DNA from: an uncultured Chitinophaga sp.
GTDB taxonomy: Bacteria > Bacteroidota > Bacteroidia > UBA7662
Direction: 5' to 3'
Length of the DNA stretch: 64,000 nucleotides
NCBI GenBank assembly: GCA_964577055.1
Contig: CAZNWC010000005.1
Span: forward strand, 50,924 to 114,923
A program made the position numbers and the translations under genes. Shown here in pieces: positions 56,418-64,000 of this stretch. Position 1 is the stretch's first letter. Each line of letters opens with the position of its first letter. A model generated the notes under the pieces. That model was not told where the DNA came from. It searched no databases and saw only the letters and a program-made list of their open reading frames with translations.

Positions 56418-58388
56418 ATGAAACGTCTTATTTTTTTGGTAGCGCTAGCACTTGTGCCCTTCGGCGTGCTGGCCCAGTTGCACGATCAATTTAATTGTTC
56501 TGAACTGAAATCAACTGCATTTCAAAATGCAGGCTTACCCCAGTTCAGAATCAATGCGGCGAGGGGTGGGGATTTATATGATATCCATTTTTATGACATC
56601 GAGCTCGAGGTCTCTAATACGACTACCTATGTCGATGGCAATGTCTTGATTGCTTCGCAGGTCACTTCTGCCTCTATGGACACGTTTTGGTTTGAACTAA
56701 AGGACAATTTAACGATTGACTCGGTTTATATCAATGGGGCAAAACAATCGGTTATCAATCGGCTTAATCACGTGGTTAGAATTCCTCTCAACCAAAGCAT
56801 ACCTCAGGGAGAGGAAGTTCGAGCAAGGATCTGGTACAAGGGAACGGCTGTTCAGGCAGGTTTTTTTAGCGGATTAAGTACAGCAGCCTCCTCTACCTGG
56901 GGAGTGAATGTTAGCTGGACCCTTTCAGAGCCATTTTCTGCTCCCGACTGGCTTCCATGCAAGCAAGATTTATGGGATAAAATCGATTCTGTAAACTTCA
57001 ATGGAATCGCAACGAATCCAAATAAAGTTGCTTCGAATGGACTTTTGACAGCCGTTACGAATATCGGCAATAACAAGTCCAGATTTGCATGGAAGACTCG
57101 CTATCCAATGGCCTTTTACCTCATTGCATTTAGTGTAACCAATTATGCCGACTACACTACTTATGCAAAACCCACTTTATTGCCCAATGACTCTATCATG
57201 GTACAGCATTGGGTGTACAATGCAAATAATAGCAACAATGTGTCGGCTGTGAATTTTTACAGGCAGCAGCTCGACGCTACCAATGATATGCTCGAGGTGT
57301 TCAGTAACTTGTTCATCCTTTATCCCTTTTGGCAGGAAAAATACGGCCACATGCAAGCACCACTTGGTGGGGGGATGGAGCACCAAACCATGAGCACCAT
57401 GGGTGGTTTCGGCCAAGATTTAACCGCGCATGAGCTCATTCACCAGTGGTTCGGTGATTATGTTACATGTGCCACATGGAGCGATATATGGCTAAACGAA
57501 GGATTTGCGTCATATGGTGAATACCTATATCGCCAATTTGGCGTGAGTCAAAGCAGTGCCGACTCTTGGATGCAATCTGCACAGGGTTCTGCAAGACAGA
57601 ATACAGGTTCCGTGTATGTTCCAGCTGGATCAGGGGTTTCGCGTATTTTTAGCGGCAGCCTTTCATACAAAAAGGGAGCAGCAGTGCTCCATATGCTCCG
57701 TTGGCAAATCGGAAATGATTCACTTTTTTTTGGTGGAATCGTAAATTATTTGAACCGAAAGGCCAATGATGTAGCCACCACAGATGAATTAAAAACCATT
57801 TTAGAAGCACACACGGGTACGTCTTTGACAGCATTTTTCAATGAATGGATTTACGGAGAGGGGTTCCCTACCTACACAGTAAGATGGAACCAAGTAGATA
57901 GCACAGTGTATGTTGAAGTCAACCAAACCACAACCAGCCCAACAACTCCCTCATTCAGCACAATGGTGCCAGTTAGGTTGGCTATCGGAGGTCAGTTTGT
58001 CAATTTGCGCGTAGACCCAAGCGCTGGACTGAATAGATTTACAGTTTCTGGAACAGTTACTTCTGCACAACTTGACCCAACATCTATCTTATTAAAGGGT
58101 ACAAATTCTACCATCAGCCGGGCTACAACCTTGGGAGTAGGTTTGTTTGAGCAACAATTACTCAATGCACAGATTTATCCTAATCCGGTACACGACCTCT
58201 TGCATGTTCAAAGTGAGGTTGTGAACCCCGGTGTGGTAATTTACGACGTGCAAGGGCGGATTGTGTTGGAGAAACAACTCGAAGGATATGAATCAACAAT
58301 ATCGTTGAGCCAGTTGCCTGCCGGAGTTTACCATGTACATATTGCTGCTTTAGGAAAGCAGATGCATCAGAGAATTGTGAAACTATAA
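56418..58388 (+). CDS. M1-family zinc metallopeptidase with T9SS C-terminal sorting domain
   Basis: Signal peptide, GGGMEH exopeptidase motif, HELIHQWFGDYVTCATWSDIWLNEGFASY (HExxH-x18-E), and a C-terminal segment of about 80 aa (IYPNPVHDLLHV...VVIYDVQGRIV...LPAGVYHVHI...) typical of Por/T9SS CTDs. Confidence 0.85.
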   Translation: MKRLIFLVALALVPFGVLAQLHDQFNCSELKSTAFQNAGLPQFRINAARGGDLYDIHFYDIELEVSNTTTYVDGNVLIASQVTSASMDTFWFELKDNLTIDSVYINGAKQSVINRLNHVVRIPLNQSIPQGEEVRARIWYKGTAVQAGFFSGLSTAASSTWGVNVSWTLSEPFSAPDWLPCKQDLWDKIDSVNFNGIATNPNKVASNGLLTAVTNIGNNKSRFAWKTRYPMAFYLIAFSVTNYADYTTYAKPTLLPNDSIMVQHWVYNANNSNNVSAVNFYRQQLDATNDMLEVFSNLFILYPFWQEKYGHMQAPLGGGMEHQTMSTMGGFGQDLTAHELIHQWFGDYVTCATWSDIWLNEGFASYGEYLYRQFGVSQSSADSWMQSAQGSARQNTGSVYVPAGSGVSRIFSGSLSYKKGAAVLHMLRWQIGNDSLFFGGIVNYLNRKANDVATTDELKTILEAHTGTSLTAFFNEWIYGEGFPTYTVRWNQVDSTVYVEVNQTTTSPTTPSFSTMVPVRLAIGGQFVNLRVDPSAGLNRFTVSGTVTSAQLDPTSILLKGTNSTISRATTLGVGLFEQQLLNAQIYPNPVHDLLHVQSEVVNPGVVIYDVQGRIVLEKQLEGYESTISLSQLPAGVYHVHIAALGKQMHQRIVKL

Positions 58389-58393
58389 ACAAA

Positions 58394-58429
58394 ATAGTCT
58401 TCTCTGAAATCAGGTTCAGAGAAGACTAT
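58394..58429. terminator. 15-bp hairpin terminator
   Basis: atagtcttctctgaa-atcagg-ttcagagaagactat between convergent genes. A T-rich tract follows on the minus strand. Confidence 0.65.
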
Positions 58430-58450
58430 CTTGTCAAACGTAATTTGACC

Positions 58451-58477
58451 AGGAGCCACGTGGCTCCTTTTTATTTT
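58451..58477 (+). terminator. Second hairpin plus T-tract
   Basis: aggagccacgtggctcct palindrome followed by ttttatttt. The T-tract overlaps the stop codon of the convergent MlaD-like gene. Confidence 0.6.
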
Positions 58478-59385
58478 CTTCCAAAAACTGAGAAGTGTAA
58501 GTACCGCTTAGGGTTGGCTTTTAAGTCAATTAAGAGTGAATCAAGATCTGCAGCCGACTTGTTCAAATGCTCGTATAATTTTTGATCGTTGACCAATTGC
58601 CCCAAGCTTCCCTCGCCGTTATTCACTTTTTGCATCACCGCGGTGGTCTGTGCCAAAGCCAAATGGGCTTGTGCAATTGTTTCGGTCAGTCGCGACTTCG
58701 CCAAACTATCCGTTATAGCATTCACATTGGCCAAGGCGGCATTGATGATTTCATTGTTGTTTTTGATATTGTTGCTGATGGAAGCAACATCTTTCAATAT
58801 TTTATTCAGCTGGCTATTCTTGTCAGAAAGCATTTCATTGAGAGCCGCTGTTGTTTGTTCTAGGTTGCTAACAGTACCTCGCATTTTTGAAGGCTCAATA
58901 GCAGCATTCAGACTATCAACCAACCCGTTGATTCGTTCCACCAAAGGCGAAAATTGCTCACCCACTTTATCCAACAATCCGCCTGTGATATAACCAGGTA
59001 AGGTGTCGTTTTTTACATAGTAAGCAGGTGCTGCATTACCTAATTTGATCTCCAGGGCACGCGTGTTAAACAAGTCGGTACTCACCAAATGCACTTCACT
59101 TCCCTTGTCTAATTTGATTTTATCGTTCACATAAAACTGTACAACAATTTCACCTTTGGCCGAGTCGAACATGATTTTACGTACCGAACCTACCTTTATG
59201 CCTTTATGCAAAACAGCTGCAGATGATTGTAAGCCCATAGCATCCTGATAGGATACGTAATAGTTGGTAGTAGTGGTGAAAAGTTCTTCGCCTTTAAGAA
59301 AGTTGTAACCCAACAGCAATATAGCGATGGTAATCGATGCAAAGGCACCCACCAAGGTTTCGTTTGATACTTTAAATTTGTTCAC
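58471..59385 (-). CDS. MlaD/MCE-domain protein
   Basis: N-terminal TM, an MCE domain (GLQSSAAVLHKGIKVGSVRKI...), and a long helical C-terminal region. Confidence 0.8.
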   Translation of the reverse strand: MNKFKVSNETLVGAFASITIAILLLGYNFLKGEELFTTTTNYYVSYQDAMGLQSSAAVLHKGIKVGSVRKIMFDSAKGEIVVQFYVNDKIKLDKGSEVHLVSTDLFNTRALEIKLGNAAPAYYVKNDTLPGYITGGLLDKVGEQFSPLVERINGLVDSLNAAIEPSKMRGTVSNLEQTTAALNEMLSDKNSQLNKILKDVASISNNIKNNNEIINAALANVNAITDSLAKSRLTETIAQAHLALAQTTAVMQKVNNGEGSLGQLVNDQKLYEHLNKSAADLDSLLIDLKANPKRYLHFSVFGRK

Positions 59386-59396
59386 TGCAGCGGGGT

Positions 59397-60176
59397 TTAT
59401 CCTTCTTTGTCAATTTCTGCTTTGTAGCTGGCAAAAGCCTTGTAAATAGATTCGGCCAGCTTGCTTCGGCCGTCGGTCGAAGTTAGGTAATTTTCTTCGT
59501 TAGGATTGGTTAAAAAACCTGCTTCAATTAACACGGCTGGCATGGTGGTACGATAAAGCACCAGAAATCCTGCCTGCTTAACACCTCTGCTGCTTCTACC
59601 CGCAATTTTTTCAAAATTGGTTTCAACCTTTTCCGCGAATTTCACACTTTGGTTTCGATAAGCCGATTGAAACAGTTCAAAGATAATGTGGGTTGTGGGG
59701 TCTTTTGGGTCGAAACCATCGTAATTCGCCGTATAGTCACTTTCGAGTAGCACAGAAGCATTTTCACGTTTAGAAACTTCCAAATTGGCGCCCGTTACAT
59801 GCAAACCTTGCGTATAAGTTTCAGTTCCGAATGCGCCAGGTTTTGCACTGTTTAGGTGAATGGAGATGAATAAATCTGCATTATGCTTGTTGGCAACAGA
59901 CGCCCGCTGATGGAGCTCCAAGAATCGATCGTCCTTTCGCGTATAGATTACCTTCACATCCTTGTGGTTGGTCTCTATCAATTTGCCGAAGGCTAAGGCA
60001 ATTTGGAGCGCAACATCTTTTTCCTTTGCCTTTTTGCCCAAACAACCCGAATCATGTCCACCATGACCCGAATCAATGACTACGGTACGGATTTTGTACG
60101 CACGGAGTCCTGTTGGATTCACTGAAATCAGCAAAAGCAAGGAAATGAGGAAGAGGATGGGTTTCAGTTTATTCAC
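59397..60176 (-). CDS. N-acetylmuramoyl-L-alanine amidase (Amidase_3)
   Basis: Signal peptide, VVIDSGHGGHDSG zinc site, FISIHLNS, and LIEAGFLTNPNEE. Confidence 0.88.
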   Translation of the reverse strand: MNKLKPILFLISLLLLISVNPTGLRAYKIRTVVIDSGHGGHDSGCLGKKAKEKDVALQIALAFGKLIETNHKDVKVIYTRKDDRFLELHQRASVANKHNADLFISIHLNSAKPGAFGTETYTQGLHVTGANLEVSKRENASVLLESDYTANYDGFDPKDPTTHIIFELFQSAYRNQSVKFAEKVETNFEKIAGRSSRGVKQAGFLVLYRTTMPAVLIEAGFLTNPNEENYLTSTDGRSKLAESIYKAFASYKAEIDKEG

Positions 60177-60197
60177 TTTGATTCAGTTTACGTACTT

Positions 60198-62900
60198 TTG
60201 ACCGGCTTTATTATCAGCAAATTTAAATCAGCTATTGGGCTTTTTACATTGAAAGCATTACGTATTTTCCTCATTGCGCTGTTTATTTTCCACTTTGGTG
60301 GACAGGCAACGGCGCAGGAAGGTTCAAAAAGCGTACCAGATAGTCTTCAGCAAAAAGATTCTCACCAAATTAATCCGGTTTTCAAGGATTCTTTATCAAC
60401 TGTCCAGAACGACAGTACGCTAACTGTTGATTCAACCCAAAAGCAAAAAAACAACAGTGGTTTAGAAGCAGAAGTAAAATATCAGGCACAAGATTCCATT
60501 GTTTTTGACCTCAGGCAAAAAGGAGCAAGGTTGTATGGACAAGCGCAAGTAGATTATCAAACCATCCAATTGAAGGCTGCTACCATTGAGCAAAATTGGG
60601 CAACCAATCAGGTTATTGCTACGCCAAGTGCCGACAGCACTGGAAAATTGATTGGAAAGCCCATTTTTAAAGATGGTGATCAAGAGTTTGAAAGCCAGCG
60701 AATGGTATACAATTTCAAAACTAAGAAAGCCCGTATTTCCGCAATGGTCACCAAGGAAGGTGAATCTTACTTAATTGGCCAAGAGGTTAAGTTGAATCCC
60801 GATCAGACGATTTATATCAAAAACACGCGTTACACTACCTGTAGCAATACCGATCATCCGCATTTCTACTTGAATTTGTACATGGCCAAAATCATCCCGA
60901 ATAAAAGTGTTGTAAGTGGACCGTCGAACATGGTGGTAGAAGGAATACCTGTACCTCTGGGATTGCCATTTGCCATAATCCCAACACAGCGTGGTCAGCG
61001 TTCGGGGATTTTGCCCCCTGAATACGGTAGGTCTCCAGAACTCGGGTTTTTCCTGCGAAATGGAGGATACTATTTTGCCATTAACGACTACATCGACCTA
61101 GCCTTGCGGGCCGACGTTTATTCTTGGGGTAGTTTTCGATTAAATCCAGCTACGCAGTACGTTAAAAAGTACAAGTACAGTGGGCGTTTGAGTTTTTCAT
61201 ACAGTAACCAACAACGTGGAGACAGACTTGCAGATGATTTTGTGCGTAACCGCGATTTTTTTGTTACGTGGCAGCATCAACAAGACCCAAAGGCAAATCC
61301 TTATGGCCGCTTCACAGCAAGTGTAGAAGCTGGAACCAGCAGTTTTTTAAGCAATAATTCTTTTGCCAACAACCAATTTCTCCGAAATCAATTGAGTTCG
61401 TCGATTAGCTACAACAGAAACTTTGCAGGAAAACCTTTTCGTTTCTCCATAGCAGCCCGACACACGCAAAACACCCAAACCCGACAAATTAAATTTGCGC
61501 TTCCAGAAGGTTCCTTCAACGTAAATCGTATTGAACCATTCCGGAGAAAATCGGCAGTAGGGGCAGAGCGTTGGTACGAAAAAATTGGTTTTACGTACCA
61601 AACGAACTTCAGAAACAATATTTCGGACTTCGATAGCTCATTGTTCAATGGGAATTTGCTTGACAAGATGGATGGGGGTTTTCAGCATGTGATTCCAATC
61701 AGCACCTCCGCTTTTGTCATCGGCAAATATTTTCAGTTGACACCCTCTCTGAACTACACTGAACGCTGGAATTACAAAAGCTTGAACAGGAGATATGAAC
61801 CAGATTCAGGCAGGGTACTGACAGATACGTTAACAGGCTTTTTCAGAAACAACGACTATAGTTTCAGCTTAAGCATGAATACCCGACTGTATGGGCTAAA
61901 GCAATTTGGTCGTGGCAAATTGGCGGCTATACGACATGTGATGAACCCAAGATTGGGGTACAGTTTAAGGCCCGATTTTTCAGCACCAAACTTTGGATTT
62001 TTTCAGGAAGTTCAAACCGATAGTTTAGGCAATACCCAGTTTTTCAGCAGGTTTGACGGTTTGGGGTATGGAGGTCCAGCGCCAGGACGGAGCGGTTCAT
62101 TTTCGTTGAATGTTGATAATAATTTGGAGGCAAAAATCAGACAACGAACCGACACGGGAGTCGTGATGAAAAAAATAAAGATTTTCGATTCATTCAATTT
62201 TGGGACAGTTTACAACTTAGCAGCAGATAGTCTCAGATTGTCCCCAATCGTATTTAGTGGTAGAACTACTTTTACCAATAATTTCAGTTTACTCTTTGGT
62301 GGAACCCTCGATCCATACACACGAGCAGCAAATGGTCAACGCATCAATAGCTGGTTGGTAAATACTGAAGGACAGCTGGCCAATTTAACGAATGCTAACC
62401 TTGCTTTTAGTGGATCAATACGGCCGCAAAGCAAAGGGGCAAGGGCGCCATCCAACACCCTAGGAAATGTGAATATGCCCGCACCTGCTGATGAAGAGGA
62501 AGCGAAGGAACAAGCCTACCTAAGGCGACAGCAATGGAGTCAATTTATCGATTGGACGGTCCCCTATAATCTTACCTTTAACTATACATTGAATTACACT
62601 CGTTCATTTATCGATAGCATACCTGCAATTATCACCCAAGGATTGCAGATAAATGGCGATGTGAGCATAACGCCCAAGTGGAAAATAGGATATAGTTCTG
62701 GTTATGATTTTACGAACAAACGGGTTACGCCTACAGTAATCAATTTGTACCGCGATTTGCATTGTTGGGAAATGAGTTTTAATCTGGTTCCCTTTGGTTC
62801 TTTTCGTTCATATACCTTTACCATCAATGCCAAGGCCCGTATGTTGCAGGAGTTGAAATTAACCCGTCGACGCGATTGGTACGACCTACAACGATTTTAG
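60198..62900 (+). CDS. lptD: Putative LPS-assembly outer-membrane protein LptD (OstA family)
   Basis: 900 aa. OstA-like N-terminal beta-jellyroll region (IVFDLRQKGARLYGQAQVDYQTIQLKAATIE) and a large beta-barrel-like C-terminal part, divergent from envelope genes. TTG start. Confidence 0.65.
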   Translation: MTGFIISKFKSAIGLFTLKALRIFLIALFIFHFGGQATAQEGSKSVPDSLQQKDSHQINPVFKDSLSTVQNDSTLTVDSTQKQKNNSGLEAEVKYQAQDSIVFDLRQKGARLYGQAQVDYQTIQLKAATIEQNWATNQVIATPSADSTGKLIGKPIFKDGDQEFESQRMVYNFKTKKARISAMVTKEGESYLIGQEVKLNPDQTIYIKNTRYTTCSNTDHPHFYLNLYMAKIIPNKSVVSGPSNMVVEGIPVPLGLPFAIIPTQRGQRSGILPPEYGRSPELGFFLRNGGYYFAINDYIDLALRADVYSWGSFRLNPATQYVKKYKYSGRLSFSYSNQQRGDRLADDFVRNRDFFVTWQHQQDPKANPYGRFTASVEAGTSSFLSNNSFANNQFLRNQLSSSISYNRNFAGKPFRFSIAARHTQNTQTRQIKFALPEGSFNVNRIEPFRRKSAVGAERWYEKIGFTYQTNFRNNISDFDSSLFNGNLLDKMDGGFQHVIPISTSAFVIGKYFQLTPSLNYTERWNYKSLNRRYEPDSGRVLTDTLTGFFRNNDYSFSLSMNTRLYGLKQFGRGKLAAIRHVMNPRLGYSLRPDFSAPNFGFFQEVQTDSLGNTQFFSRFDGLGYGGPAPGRSGSFSLNVDNNLEAKIRQRTDTGVVMKKIKIFDSFNFGTVYNLAADSLRLSPIVFSGRTTFTNNFSLLFGGTLDPYTRAANGQRINSWLVNTEGQLANLTNANLAFSGSIRPQSKGARAPSNTLGNVNMPAPADEEEAKEQAYLRRQQWSQFIDWTVPYNLTFNYTLNYTRSFIDSIPAIITQGLQINGDVSITPKWKIGYSSGYDFTNKRVTPTVINLYRDLHCWEMSFNLVPFGSFRSYTFTINAKARMLQELKLTRRRDWYDLQRF

Positions 62901-62954
62901 CAATAAAAAAAAGCCTGATGCAACGCAACGGGCTTTTTGTTCAAAGCTGGTTCT

Positions 62955-64000
62955 TTAAATAGGCCGATTGATGTCCCACTGCTCTAAATAGTCGGCCATA
63001 CGGCGAACAAACATACCGCCCAAGGCTCCGTCTACCACACGGTGGTCGTAAGAGTGCGACAAAAACATCATGCTACGAATGCCAATCAAATCGCCGGCCT
63101 CTGTTTCAATAACGGCCGGTTTCTTGCGAATAGCCCCAACCGCCATGATAGCTACTTGGGGTTGAGGAATAATGGGTGTACCCATTACATTGCCAAAGCT
63201 ACCAACGTTTGAAATAGTGTAAGTACCACCTTGGATTTCATCAGGTTTCAATTTGTTGTTACGAGCCCGATTGGCTAAGTCATTTACACGTTTGGCAAGG
63301 CCTGCTAAATTGTATTGGTCAGCATTGTGAATGACGGGCACAATCAAGTTGCCACTGGGTAATGCTGCGGCCATACCTATGTTTATGTCTTTTTTGATGA
63401 TGAGGTTATTGCCATCCACTGACACATTGATCATTGGGAAATCTTGAATGGCCTTTACTGCGGCTTCGATGAAAATAGGAGTGAAGGTGAGTTTTTCGCC
63501 GTATCGCTTTTCAAATTCCTTCTTCACTTTATCGCGCCACATCACCACATTGGTCATGTCAGCTTCTACAAAAGAAGTTACGTGTGCTGAAATACGCTTC
63601 GAAGCAACCATATTTTCTGCAATCATCCGACGCATACGGTCCATTTCCATGATTTCCACGTTCCCTGAAGGCACACTTCCGGGGGTTTTGGCAACTACCG
63701 GGGGCTGTTCCACTGCTGGAACAACTGCTGCAGGCGCTGCGATGGCGGGTGCTTGAGCAATTGCAGCCGTTTTACCTGCTTTTTTATCAGCAACGTATTG
63801 GAGAATGTCTTTTTTGGTCACCCTGCCTTCACTGCCTGTGCCAGCGATGGCTTCGAGTTCTTGCATGCCGATGCCTTCTTGTGAAGCGATATTCAATACG
63901 AGCGGGGAATAAAAGCGACCTCCGGCAGGCTGGTCTACTTTGGCGGTAACTGCTTGGGTCAAGACCGCAGTGGGTGCTGGCATGGCATCCACAACCGTTC
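62955..64000 (-). CDS. 2-oxo acid dehydrogenase E2 (dihydrolipoamide acyltransferase), C-terminal part; 5' end outside the window
   Basis: E3-binding domain (SPLVLNIASQEGIGMQELEAIAGTGSEGRVTKKDI), an Ala/Pro linker, and a catalytic domain ending SHSYDHRVVDGALGG. The frame stays open to the window edge and the lipoyl domain is missing. Confidence 0.88.
   Translation of the reverse strand, partial: TVVDAMPAPTAVLTQAVTAKVDQPAGGRFYSPLVLNIASQEGIGMQELEAIAGTGSEGRVTKKDILQYVADKKAGKTAAIAQAPAIAAPAAVVPAVEQPPVVAKTPGSVPSGNVEIMEMDRMRRMIAENMVASKRISAHVTSFVEADMTNVVMWRDKVKKEFEKRYGEKLTFTPIFIEAAVKAIQDFPMINVSVDGNNLIIKKDINIGMAAALPSGNLIVPVIHNADQYNLAGLAKRVNDLANRARNNKLKPDEIQGGTYTISNVGSFGNVMGTPIIPQPQVAIMAVGAIRKKPAVIETEAGDLIGIRSMMFLSHSYDHRVVDGALGGMFVRRMADYLEQWDINRPI

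Noticed and set aside
1-64000. CRISPR arrays, IS elements, transposases, integrases, phage genes, rRNA
   Set aside because: No regularly spaced repeats were seen, and no ORF had a recognisable transposase, integrase or phage signature. The only repeats noticed are the photolyase-end duplication and the terminator hairpins.

Overview
64-kb chromosomal segment from a gliding member of the phylum Bacteroidota. Evidence for the phylum: gldB/gldD/gldE-like genes in the mutY-ssb-gldE-gldD arrangement, a T9SS C-terminal sorting domain, TAnnTTTG -7 promoter motifs, and a bS22-type mini ribosomal protein. About 60 tightly packed genes are mostly housekeeping: photolyase, aconitase, RseP, NadE, RNase G, MutY, SSB, RecG, the mreBCD-mrdA-rodA cell-shape cluster, PurH, HtpG, thiolase, TruA, LptD, an E2 acyltransferase, and a tRNA-Cys/tRNA-Leu pair. 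I recognised no CRISPR array, IS element, integrase or prophage gene. Points worth a second look: (1) a translationally coupled operon of a ThiF/E1-like adenylyltransferase, a GNAT-fold protein, a 7TMR-DISM sensor kinase and a REC-kinase hybrid, with a divergent stand-alone receiver. It has no obvious substrate gene and is my best candidate for an undescribed system. (2) A PAS-PAS-HisKA-HATPase-REC hybrid kinase interrupted by four in-frame stops and one frameshift while every catalytic motif stays intact. (3) A displaced second copy of the photolyase 3' end next to a VapC toxin gene. (4) A eukaryote-type PTPS-II / GTP cyclohydrolase I / SDR operon suggesting tetrahydrobiopterin-like pterin synthesis. 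(5) lysA split by one extra T in a T6 run. (6) An unannotated 29-aa bS22-like gene whose terminator overlaps the longest rng ORF. (7) An adjacent 3-hydroxyanthranilate dioxygenase / ACMSD pair. All calls come from reading the translations by eye. No database search was run.
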